The translations under genes and the position numbers were made by a program. Below the pieces are notes generated by a model, which was not told the DNA's origin, searched no databases, and saw nothing but the letters and a program-made list of their open reading frames with translations. Below, piece after piece: positions 8,738 through 17,036 of a stretch of DNA of 64,000 nucleotides (position 1 is the stretch's first letter; each line of letters starts with the position of its first letter). Source of the stretch: Clostridia bacterium (GTDB lineage: Bacteria > Bacillota > Clostridia > Oscillospirales > Acutalibacteraceae); NCBI GenBank assembly GCA_017465085.1, contig JAFTWW010000037.1, positions 17,765 to 81,764 on the forward strand, read 5' to 3'.

Positions 8738-9373
8738 CTTAATCTCTTTTACCCTTGCCGCCATATCCTCGGCTGAGAATATATAGTTACCTGCAACAAG
8801 AACATTGGCTCCCGCCTTTACGGCTAAGGGGGCCGTTTCTTTGTTTATTCCGCCATCTACCTCTATATCAATATTAAGGCCCCTACTGTTACACTCATTT
8901 TTAAGCGCAGTTAATTTATCGAGGGCGCTTGGCATAAACTTTTGTCCCCCAAAACCAGGCTCAACCGACATAACAAGCACCATATCGCAAAGGGGCAGTA
9001 AATCGAAAATACTTTCTGCAGGTGTGCAGGGTTTAATAGTTATGCAGGATTTACATCCAAGCTCACGGATTTTTTTAAGCAACGCCACATTATCAGAGCC
9101 TGCTTCATAGTGAAATCCTAAAATATCGGCATACTTAGCAAAGTCCTCAACATATCTATGGGGTCTATCTATCATAAGGTGAATATCAAGGGGAAGCTTA
9201 GTATGCTCCTTTATTGACTTGATAACAGGTACGCCAAAGGAAATATTGGGCACGAAGATGCCATCCATAACATCAAGATGCAGCATATCAACCCCTGCTG
9301 CCTCAAGCTTTTTTATATCCTGCGCCAAATTCAAGAAATCGGAAATAAGCACCGATGGTGAAATCTTAACCAA
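8729..9373 (-). CDS. rpe: Ribulose-phosphate 3-epimerase
   Basis: 214 aa. HLDVMDG, VEPGFGGQKF and DGG motifs. Confidence 0.95.
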   Translation of the reverse strand: MVKISPSVLISDFLNLAQDIKKLEAAGVDMLHLDVMDGIFVPNISFGVPVIKSIKEHTKLPLDIHLMIDRPHRYVEDFAKYADILGFHYEAGSDNVALLKKIRELGCKSCITIKPCTPAESIFDLLPLCDMVLVMSVEPGFGGQKFMPSALDKLTALKNECNSRGLNIDIEVDGGINKETAPLAVKAGANVLVAGNYIFSAEDMAARVKEIKSL

Positions 9374-9540
9374 AATAAATTACCTCCTTTGGTATCTTAA
9401 TCATATTTTATACCTTTATTTAACTATTGTCAACACAATACCAATTAAAAAACTGTTTACAATTGATACCATTCTGTAATTTGACTATAATCGGATTTTA
9501 TGATAAAATCAATTAAAGAAATTGATAAACGAGGTTAAAA

Positions 9541-10902
9541 ATGAAAGATTCCTACTGCGAAATTACAGAATATATAGAAAAGCTCGCAGAGCTTTCCTGC
9601 AATAACAATAATATAAAGCCTGAAATGTATAGCGAGCATTCGGTTAAAAGAGGTCTTCGAGATTTGGATGGTAAGGGCGTTGTTACGGGGCTTACCGAAA
9701 TATCCTCCATAACATCAAGAAGGGTTTTACCCGATGGCACCGAGGAATCCTGCGATGGAGTTCTGTGCTACAGAGGCTATAATATAAAGGATTTGGTAAA
9801 CGGCTTTATGGCCGATAACCGTTTTGGCTTTGAAGAAACGGTTTATCTTCTGCTTTTCTCCGAGCTGCCCACCAAGGAGCAGTTGGCCGAGTTTAAGTTA
9901 GCCCTTGCGGATTACAGAAGTCTGCCTACCTCCTTTGTGCGTGATATGATACTGAAGGCGCCCGGTAAGGATATGATGAACATTCTTTCCCGTAGCGTTC
10001 TGGTGCTTTATGCCTATGATGATAATGCCGATGATATTTCTATTCCCAATGTTTTAAGGCAGAGCCTGTTCCTTATTTCCGTTCTCCCTTTACTTGCGGT
10101 TTACAGCTATCAATCCTTCCAGCATTACCACAACGGCAAGAGCCTCTTTATTCACATGCCTCACCCCGAGCTTTCTACTGCCGAGAATATTCTTCGCCTT
10201 TTAAGAGAGGATAGCAAATATTCTGCCCTTGAAGCCAAGATGCTTGACCTTGCCTTAGTGCTCCACGCGGAGCACGGCGGCGGTAACAACTCCACCTTTA
10301 CCACCCACGTTGTAACCTCCTCAGGTACCGATACCTATTCTTCGGTTGCGGCGGCTCTCGGCTCCCTTAAGGGACCGCGCCACGGCGGCGCAAACGTTAA
10401 GGTTGTTCGTATGTTTGATGATATGATTGCAAATATCGATATCAAAAATGAGGACGCCATCAGAGATTATTTGAGAAAGCTTCTTGATAAGGAGGCCTTT
10501 GATAAAGCAGGTCTCATCTACGGTATGGGCCACGCGGTTTATTCCAAATCTGACCCACGAGCCGATGTGCTTATGAAATGCGCCCGTGACCTTTCTATTG
10601 AAAACGGCTACGAGGAAGAATATAAGCTTTATGAAACCGTTGCCCGTATAGCGCCCGAAATCATTGCCGAAAAGCGTAAGATATATAAGGGTGTAAGCGC
10701 CAATGTGGATTTCTACTCAGGTCTTGTTTACAGAATGCTCCGCCTCCCCTACGAGCTATATACTCCCATCTTCGCAATTTCCCGAATAGCAGGTTGGAGC
10801 GCCCACAGAATCGAAGAAATTCAGTGCGCAGGTAAAATCATCCGTCCCGCCTATGTCAATGTTAAGGAGCCTCACGAATATATCCCTATGGATAAAAGAT
10901 AA
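9541..10902 (+). CDS. Citrate synthase
   Basis: 453 aa. HAEHGGGNNSTF, GPRHGGAN and GMGHAVY catalytic motifs. Confidence 0.9.
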   Translation: MKDSYCEITEYIEKLAELSCNNNNIKPEMYSEHSVKRGLRDLDGKGVVTGLTEISSITSRRVLPDGTEESCDGVLCYRGYNIKDLVNGFMADNRFGFEETVYLLLFSELPTKEQLAEFKLALADYRSLPTSFVRDMILKAPGKDMMNILSRSVLVLYAYDDNADDISIPNVLRQSLFLISVLPLLAVYSYQSFQHYHNGKSLFIHMPHPELSTAENILRLLREDSKYSALEAKMLDLALVLHAEHGGGNNSTFTTHVVTSSGTDTYSSVAAALGSLKGPRHGGANVKVVRMFDDMIANIDIKNEDAIRDYLRKLLDKEAFDKAGLIYGMGHAVYSKSDPRADVLMKCARDLSIENGYEEEYKLYETVARIAPEIIAEKRKIYKGVSANVDFYSGLVYRMLRLPYELYTPIFAISRIAGWSAHRIEEIQCAGKIIRPAYVNVKEPHEYIPMDKR

Positions 10903-10907
10903 TATTT

Positions 10908-10946
10908 CCGACCGACTGCAAATATACTTGCGGTCGGTCATTTTTT
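10908..10946 (+). terminator. Rho-independent terminator after citrate synthase
   Basis: GACCGACTGCAA..TTGCGGTCGGTC stem followed by ATTTTTT. Confidence 0.7.
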
Positions 10947-11049
10947 ATTAAAAAACAGAAAATTTTTGAATTTTTGCCTTTTTCGATGCAAAAAACAGGG
11001 CGAAAACAAAGAAAAAACCAAAAAACAAAGAAAAATTCAAAAAAATTCC

Positions 11050-11078
11050 TTGACTTTTTACGCATTTTGTGGTATTGT
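11050..11078 (+). promoter_or_regulatory. Candidate promoter of the BMC operon
   Basis: TTGACT (11050-11055), 17-nt spacer, TGgTATTGT extended -10 (11070-11078). Embedded in A-tracts. Confidence 0.45.
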
Positions 11079-11141
11079 TATGATGTAATAAGGTGTAAAC
11101 CAAACAAAAAACCAAAAAATATATTCAAAGGAGAACCAAAA

Positions 11142-11939
11142 ATGGCAAACGAATTTGAAATTAAGAAACAAATTTGTGAAATCGGAAAGCGTATTTATGA
11201 CAAGGGCATGGTTGCTTCTAATGACGGAAATATCTCCGTTAAGTTAAGCGACAATGAGTTCCTCTGCACCCCCACAGGTGTTAGCAAGGGCTTTATGACT
11301 CCCGAGTACATTTGTAAGGTTGACCGTGACGGTAAGGTTATTCAGGCTAACCCCGGTTTCAGACCCTCTTCTGAAATAAAGATGCATATGCGTGTATATA
11401 AGGAGCGTCCCGATGTTAATGCGGTTGTTCACGCTCATCCCTTATATGCTACCGGCTTTGCAATAGCAGGTATTCCCCTAACTCAGCCCATTATGCCTGA
11501 GGCAGTAATTGCTCTTGGCTGTGTGCCCATCGCTGAGTATGGTACCCCCTCCACCGAGGAAATCCCCGATGCAGTATCTAAGTATTTACAGTCCTTTGAT
11601 GCTGTTCTTCTTGAAAACCATGGCGCTCTTTCCTTCTCTGATAGCCTTCTTAACGCTTATCACAAGATGGAGTCTGTAGAGTTCTATGCCCGTCTTCTTT
11701 ACATATCCAACCAGCTTGGCGGTCCCAAGGAGCTTTCCGAATCTCAGGTTCAGCGCCTTTATGAAATTCGCCGTCAGTTCGGTATGAAGGGCAAGCACCC
11801 TGCTGATCTTTGCCCCAATGCTAAGAGCGGCAAGCCCAGCTGTCACGGTTGCGGCGGTAACTGCAACTGCAATCACGGCGCTGATAACGATTTAGTTTCC
11901 GAAATCACCCGCCGCGTTCTTGAGCAGATGGGTAAATAA
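11142..11939 (+). CDS. Class II aldolase/adducin-family protein (FucA/RhaD/AraD-like) with Cys/His-rich linker and C-terminal encapsulation-peptide-like helix
   Basis: AAAGGAGA RBS precedes ATG 11142. The track's 56-codon upstream extension is rejected. SNDGNIS and HAHP (metal His) motifs. Tail is ...CPNAKSGKPSCHGCGGNCNCNHGADNDLVSEITRRVLEQMGK. Confidence 0.85.
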   Translation: MANEFEIKKQICEIGKRIYDKGMVASNDGNISVKLSDNEFLCTPTGVSKGFMTPEYICKVDRDGKVIQANPGFRPSSEIKMHMRVYKERPDVNAVVHAHPLYATGFAIAGIPLTQPIMPEAVIALGCVPIAEYGTPSTEEIPDAVSKYLQSFDAVLLENHGALSFSDSLLNAYHKMESVEFYARLLYISNQLGGPKELSESQVQRLYEIRRQFGMKGKHPADLCPNAKSGKPSCHGCGGNCNCNHGADNDLVSEITRRVLEQMGK

Positions 11940-11952
11940 TCAGGTGAGCAGC

Positions 11953-12435
11953 ATGGATGAACATGTTTTGCGAAACTTGATTGAATCCGTAGTCCGTGAG
12001 GTTAAATCGGAAGCGCAGAATATAACCCTTAATCAAGCCAAGCTTCTTTGCGCAGAAATTCAGAAAAAGGCCAAGGAAATGGGTGTTAATGCGGTTGTTG
12101 CTATATCTAACAGCACCGCCAATCCCATTTTGGTTGAATGTATGGATGATGCATATATTGCAAGCTACGATGTTGCAGTACAAAAGGCGTTTACTGTAGT
12201 TTCCCTTAAGATGTCCACCTCAACACTTAAGCCCTTGGCTCAGCCCGGTGGCTCCCTTTACGGAATACAGTTTACCAACAACGGTAAAATTGTTATTTTC
12301 GGCGGCGGCGAGCCTCTTTACAGCTCTTCTGGTAAAATCATCGGGGGACTTGGAGTAAGCGGCGGCAGTGAAGAGCAGGATACCTTCTTAGCCGAATACG
12401 GAAGAAGAATTTTTGAAAACAGTATCAGATTATAA
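11953..12435 (+). CDS. GlcG/DUF336 (PduO-C-terminal-like, haem-binding family) protein with N-terminal EP-like helix
   Basis: GVNAVVAISNS...GGLGVSGGSEEQD motifs of DUF336. About 20-aa N-terminal extension MDEHVLRNLIESVVREVK. Confidence 0.75.
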   Translation: MDEHVLRNLIESVVREVKSEAQNITLNQAKLLCAEIQKKAKEMGVNAVVAISNSTANPILVECMDDAYIASYDVAVQKAFTVVSLKMSTSTLKPLAQPGGSLYGIQFTNNGKIVIFGGGEPLYSSSGKIIGGLGVSGGSEEQDTFLAEYGRRIFENSIRL

Positions 12436-12454
12436 TCAATTTTCTAAAAAAGGC

Positions 12455-12478
12455 GGGGAGATTCCCTCCCCTCTTTTG
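12455..12478 (+). terminator. Internal hairpin/partial terminator before the BMC-H gene
   Basis: GGGGAG-attcc-CTCCCC followed by TCTTTT. Confidence 0.4.
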
Positions 12479-12515
12479 AATAATTTTTTGTCATTTTATT
12501 AAGGAGGATATAAAA

Positions 12516-12794
12516 ATGTCACTTGAAGCTTTAGGTATGGTAGAAACCAGAGGTCTTGTTGCTGCTATCGAGGCTGCCGATGCTATGGTAAAGGCTGCTA
12601 ACGTTCAGTTAATAGGCACCGAGAAAATCGGCTCCGGCCTTGTATCTGTTATGGTACGCGGCGATGTAGGCGCAGTTAAGTCTGCTGTTGAAGCCGGCTC
12701 CAACTCTGCTTCCCGTTTAGGCGAGCTTATTGCTACCCACGTAATTCCCCGCCCCCACGAAGATGTAGAGAAGATTCTCCCCTCTTTAAAGTAA
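12516..12794 (+). CDS. BMC-H shell protein (PduA/EutM type, single PF00936 domain)
   Basis: 92 aa. [26 protein letters not shown]...[15 protein letters not shown]...HVIPRPH. Strong AAGGAGG RBS. Confidence 0.95.
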   Translation: MSLEALGMVETRGLVAAIEAADAMVKAANVQLIGTEKIGSGLVSVMVRGDVGAVKSAVEAGSNSASRLGELIATHVIPRPHEDVEKILPSLK

Positions 12795-12874
12795 TTATCT
12801 GAAATCAACAAGGGGGCCTATGTGCCCCCTTAATGTTGGTTTACCCCATTTTTTGGAAGGAATAGGTTAGAACA

Positions 12875-13156
12875 ATGATTGTCGGAAAAGTAATCGGAAG
12901 CATCGTTGCTACAAGAAAAAATGAAAATCTTATTGGCAGCAAATTTATGGTTGTTGAGCCTATTGCCGAGCTTGGAAACCCCAAGGAAAGAATCGTTGCT
13001 GTTGATAACGTGGGCGCCGGTATCGGTGAAACCGTATTAGTAGCAACAGGCTCTGCCGCGCGAATCGGCTGCGGTATGGCAACATCCCCCATTGATGCCG
13101 CCATTGTTGGTATTGTTGATAGCGGCACGGGACTTACCGGAGTTAGTCAGGTATGA
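12875..13156 (+). CDS. BMC-P pentameric vertex protein (EutN/PduN/CcmL family)
   Basis: 93 aa. MIVGKVIGSIVATRK...VAVDNVGAGIGETVLVATGSAAR. Confidence 0.9.
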   Translation: MIVGKVIGSIVATRKNENLIGSKFMVVEPIAELGNPKERIVAVDNVGAGIGETVLVATGSAARIGCGMATSPIDAAIVGIVDSGTGLTGVSQV

Positions 13157-14493
13157 ATTTAGAACAGATAAAAAATCTTTTACGCGAAAACGGTATCGTT
13201 GGCGCAGGCGGAGCAGGTTTCCCTACATATGCTAAGCTTGATAAAAAAGCCGATACCTTAATACTTAACTGCGCAGAATGCGAGCCCTTGCTTCGTCTGC
13301 ACAGGCAGGTACTTAAAATGTTCACCTATGAAATTTTAAGCACCCTTGATTTGATTTCGAAAATATTAGAGGTTGAAACCGTTTACATCGGCATCAAGGG
13401 CTCTTACAAGAGAACTCTTGAGGCAGTAAATGCGGAGCTTACCTCTTTTCCAAATATGAAGGTTTGCACTCTGCCTGAGGTTTATCCCGCAGGCGATGAA
13501 GTAGTGCTTACATATGAAGCTACGGGCAGAGTTGTTCCCGCTGGCTCTATTCCGCTTTCTGTGGGTGTTACTGTCCTTAATGTTGAAACGGTATATAATA
13601 TTTACCGCGCATTAGAGGGTAGCCCTGTTACACATAAGTATGTAACCGTTACGGGCGAGGTTAAAAACCCCATAACAGTTTACGCCCCCATCGGTGTTCC
13701 TCTGCAAAATCTTATTGATATGGCAGGCGGAATTACCATAGAGGACCCCGCTTATCTTATCGGCGGACCTATGATGGGAAAGCTTGGCTCCCCCACAGAG
13801 CCCGTGACCAAGACCACCAATGCAGTTTTGGTGTTACCTAAAAATCTTCCGCTTGTTCAGAAGAAGCTTAGCAAGACCTCTATTGACCTTAAGAGAGCTA
13901 TGTCGGCCTGTTGCCAGTGCAGTTACTGCACTTCCCTTTGCCCCCGTCAGCTTTTAGGTCATCCTATCGACCCCAGCGCCTTTATGTATGCGGCGTCCAA
14001 TCACGTAACCTGCGATGTTATGCCCTATGTTAACTCTATGTTTTGTTCGGGCTGCGGTCTTTGTGAGATGTATTCCTGCGGTCAGGGGCTTTCCCCCAGA
14101 GCACTGCTCACCGCCGCTAAGAATGGTCTTCGTAAAAACGGCTTGAAGCCACCGCAAGATCCCAATATGCACAGCGTTCATCCCGATAGGCAATTCCGTA
14201 TGATTCCTTTATCCCGTCTTCGTTCAAGGCTCGGGCTTAACCCCTATAATAAGTCCGCCCCTGTAACCGAGGATGAGGTTAGGGCTAAAAAGCTCAAAAT
14301 TGCCCTTTCTCAGCACATAGGCGCCCCCGCGGTACCCGTTGTTAATAAGGGTGATAAGGTTTTAGCAGGTCAGTTAATAGCCGAGGCTGCTCCCGATGCG
14401 CTTAGCGTTGCAATACACGCTTCTATGAGCGGAACGGTTGCAGATATAAACAAAAAATACATAACCATTTTAGTATCAGGAGGAACTGAATAA
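13153..14493 (+). CDS. pduS: PduS-like Fe-S flavoprotein (RnfC/NuoF-like, SLBB, two 4Fe-4S motifs)
   Basis: 446 aa. GAGGAGFPTYAKL N-terminus. CCQCSYCTSLCP and CSGCGLCEMYSC cluster motifs. Confidence 0.85.
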   Translation: MNLEQIKNLLRENGIVGAGGAGFPTYAKLDKKADTLILNCAECEPLLRLHRQVLKMFTYEILSTLDLISKILEVETVYIGIKGSYKRTLEAVNAELTSFPNMKVCTLPEVYPAGDEVVLTYEATGRVVPAGSIPLSVGVTVLNVETVYNIYRALEGSPVTHKYVTVTGEVKNPITVYAPIGVPLQNLIDMAGGITIEDPAYLIGGPMMGKLGSPTEPVTKTTNAVLVLPKNLPLVQKKLSKTSIDLKRAMSACCQCSYCTSLCPRQLLGHPIDPSAFMYAASNHVTCDVMPYVNSMFCSGCGLCEMYSCGQGLSPRALLTAAKNGLRKNGLKPPQDPNMHSVHPDRQFRMIPLSRLRSRLGLNPYNKSAPVTEDEVRAKKLKIALSQHIGAPAVPVVNKGDKVLAGQLIAEAAPDALSVAIHASMSGTVADINKKYITILVSGGTE

Positions 14494-15041
14494 TGAATAA
14501 AGCATTAGGTATGGTTGAGTTTAAGACAGTATCCTCCGGTATGCGCGCGGCAGACCGAATGGTGAAGACTGCCGATGTTGATTTAATTCAAGCGGATACC
14601 GTGTGTCCCGGTAAGTATTTAGCGCTTATAAGCGGTGAATTAAGCGCCGTTAAGGCTGCCGTTGAGGCGGCTTGTGTTGCCGACCCTGAGCAGCTTATAG
14701 ATAGCTTTACTCTCGGTAATCCCCACGATTCCATATTCAGCGCCCTTTACGGCTCGGCCGAAATCGGCAATCCCAACGCCTTAGGCGTTTTGGAAACCTT
14801 CTCTGCCGCCGCCGCCATTGTTGCCGCTGATACTGCCGCAAAAACCTCTTTGGTTGACCTTATTGAGCTTCGACTTGCAAGAGGTATGTGCGGTAAATCC
14901 TATCTGCTCTTAACGGGCGAAATTGCCGCTGTTGAAGCCGCTATTGAACGGGCTAAGGCAGGCGCAGGCGAATACGGTATGTTCCTTGACAGCGCCGTTA
15001 TCCCCCGCCCCGATGAGAAATTCTGGCAGAAAATTCTATAA
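14493..15041 (+). CDS. pduT: PduT-like tandem-domain BMC-T shell protein
   Basis: 182 aa. Two BMC domains (ALGMVEF..., ALGVLETFS...). Conserved pore Cys in TVCPGKYLALISGE, as in PduT TICPGKF. Confidence 0.85.
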   Translation: MNKALGMVEFKTVSSGMRAADRMVKTADVDLIQADTVCPGKYLALISGELSAVKAAVEAACVADPEQLIDSFTLGNPHDSIFSALYGSAEIGNPNALGVLETFSAAAAIVAADTAAKTSLVDLIELRLARGMCGKSYLLLTGEIAAVEAAIERAKAGAGEYGMFLDSAVIPRPDEKFWQKIL

Positions 15042-15062
15042 TCAGTATTAAGGTGTTAAATT

Positions 15063-16250
15063 ATGAAAATTCTTGTTATAAATGCAGGTAGTTCTTCGCT
15101 TAAATACCAGCTTTACAATATGGATAGCGGCGAAGTACTTGCTAAGGGTAACTGCGAGCGTATAGGCTCGGGCGGTTTTATCACCCATAAAAGACCTGGG
15201 TTTGAAAACTACGCCTGCGAGGTAGATCTCCCCTCTCACGATGAGGCTCTCTCCCTCGTTTTAGGCCTTCTTGTAAGTGAGGAATACGGAGTTTTAAGCA
15301 GTATTGATGAAATCGATGCCGTAGGTCACAGAATTGCTCACGGCGGTGAAAAATTCAAAAGCTCCACCCTTATTGATGATGAGGCAATAGCTTACCTTGA
15401 AACCATCGTTCCCATCAATCCCTTACACGGCCCTCCTGCTATTAAGGGAATTAAGGCTTGCAGAAGGCTTATGAAAGATACTCCGCAGGTTGGCGTTTTC
15501 GATACCTCTTTTTATTCTCAGATTGAGGATTACCGCATTATCTACGCCATTCCCTATGAGTATTACACCGAAAATAAAATCCGCCGTTACGGTTTCCACG
15601 GCACCTCCCACAGATATGTTTCTGCCAAGGCTGCCGAAATGCTTGGAAAACCTATTGAAGAACTTAAAATTATTACCTGTCATTTGGGTAACGGCTCTTC
15701 TATAACTGCGGTTAACGGCGGCATCGCCGTTGATACATCCATGGGCTTCACTCCTCAGGAGGGTATCCCTATGGGTACAAGAAGCGGTACTATTGACCCC
15801 ACCGTTGTTCCCTATATTATGAAGCAAAGAGGTCTTTCTGCCGAAGAGGTAGAGGATGTTCTCAATAAGAAATCCGGACTTTTGGGTGTTAGCGGTCTTT
15901 CTAATGACTACAGGAATGTTTTAACCGCCGCTAAAGAGGGTAACTACCGCGCAGACCTTGCTATTAAGATGCTTTCAAACGGCATTAAGAAATATATCGG
16001 CAGCTACACTGCCGAAATGAACGGTCTTGACGCTATCGTTTTCACCGCAGGTATCGGCGAAAACGATTCCACCATAAGAAGCCTTGTTTGCAAGGATATG
16101 GATTATCTTGGAATTAGGATAGATGAGGATAAGAATAGTTCCGCCTCAGGCGCTGCTGATATTTCGGCAGATGATTCCAAGGTTAAAACCTTGGTTATAC
16201 CCACTGATGAGGAGTATATGATTGCCCTCGATACCTTAAAATTTTGTTAG
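15063..16250 (+). CDS. ackA: Acetate kinase
   Basis: 395 aa. MKILVINAGSSSLKYQLY, FHGTSH and TCHLGNGSS motifs. Confidence 0.95.
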   Translation: MKILVINAGSSSLKYQLYNMDSGEVLAKGNCERIGSGGFITHKRPGFENYACEVDLPSHDEALSLVLGLLVSEEYGVLSSIDEIDAVGHRIAHGGEKFKSSTLIDDEAIAYLETIVPINPLHGPPAIKGIKACRRLMKDTPQVGVFDTSFYSQIEDYRIIYAIPYEYYTENKIRRYGFHGTSHRYVSAKAAEMLGKPIEELKIITCHLGNGSSITAVNGGIAVDTSMGFTPQEGIPMGTRSGTIDPTVVPYIMKQRGLSAEEVEDVLNKKSGLLGVSGLSNDYRNVLTAAKEGNYRADLAIKMLSNGIKKYIGSYTAEMNGLDAIVFTAGIGENDSTIRSLVCKDMDYLGIRIDEDKNSSASGAADISADDSKVKTLVIPTDEEYMIALDTLKFC

Positions 16251-16261
16251 GAGGTAAGTTT

Positions 16262-16900
16262 ATGGCATACGATGATGCTTTAGTTGCTGAAATTGTCAGC
16301 AGAATTATGGCGCAATGTTCTGATGATGAGAACACCGTTCCCGTTGGCGTTTCTAACCGCCACATTCATTTGAGTAATGAGCACGTTGAAATTCTTTTCG
16401 GTAAAGGCTACGAGCTTACTCCCTTTAAGGATTTATCTCAACCGGGTCAATATGCTTGTAAGGAGTTACTTACCATCGTTGGCCCCTCACTTCGCCCTAT
16501 AGAAAACGTCAGGGTTTTAGGTCCCGTGCGTTCTGCTTCTCAGGTAGAGATATCCCGCACCGATTCCTTTGCGCTTAAGGTTAAGCCCCCCGTTCGCGAA
16601 TCGGGTGATATCGCAGGCTCTGCCCCCATCACCATCATTGGACCTAAGGGTGTTGTAACACTTAAAGAAGGTTGTATAATTGCTAACCGCCATATTCATA
16701 TGAGCGAGGATGAAGGCAAGGCTTTTGGACTTAAGGATGGCGACTATGTTACCGTTGAGGCAAACGGTGAACGCCGCACCACATTCTATGATGTTCAGGT
16801 GAGAGTTAATAAGGCTTTCAGACTTGAAATGCATATCGATACCGATGATGCAAATGCGGCAGGCATCGGCAACGGCGCTAAGGTGAAGATAATTAAATAA
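16262..16900 (+). CDS. pduL: Phosphate propanoyl/acyl-transferase PduL with N-terminal EP-like helix
   Basis: Duplicated SNRHIHLS / ANRHIHMS PduL motifs. N-terminal DALVAEIVSRIMAQ. TAGGAGG RBS. The track start at 16244 overlaps ackA and is rejected. Confidence 0.9.
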   Translation: MAYDDALVAEIVSRIMAQCSDDENTVPVGVSNRHIHLSNEHVEILFGKGYELTPFKDLSQPGQYACKELLTIVGPSLRPIENVRVLGPVRSASQVEISRTDSFALKVKPPVRESGDIAGSAPITIIGPKGVVTLKEGCIIANRHIHMSEDEGKAFGLKDGDYVTVEANGERRTTFYDVQVRVNKAFRLEMHIDTDDANAAGIGNGAKVKIIK

Positions 16901-16902
16901 TT

Positions 16903-16935
16903 AAAAAAACCGATGGAATTCCATCGGTTTTTTCT
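16903..16935 (+). terminator. Rho-independent terminator ending the BMC operon
   Basis: AACCGATGG-aatt-CCATCGGTT followed by TTTTC. Confidence 0.8.
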
Positions 16936-17036
16936 TTACATTTCTAAAAATATAGGTTATAATCAAAGTGAACTATATTTATATTTTTCTATATTTTTAT
17001 CCTGATTTATTCATTTTTGTTTCAAGGAGTAGGATT

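Noticed and set aside
10974-11141. 56-codon Lys/Asn-rich N-terminal extension of the aldolase ORF (MPFSMQKTGRKQRKNQKTKK...).
   Set aside because: It is a translation of A-tract promoter and UTR DNA. It contains the -35/-10 elements, and a good RBS precedes ATG 11142.
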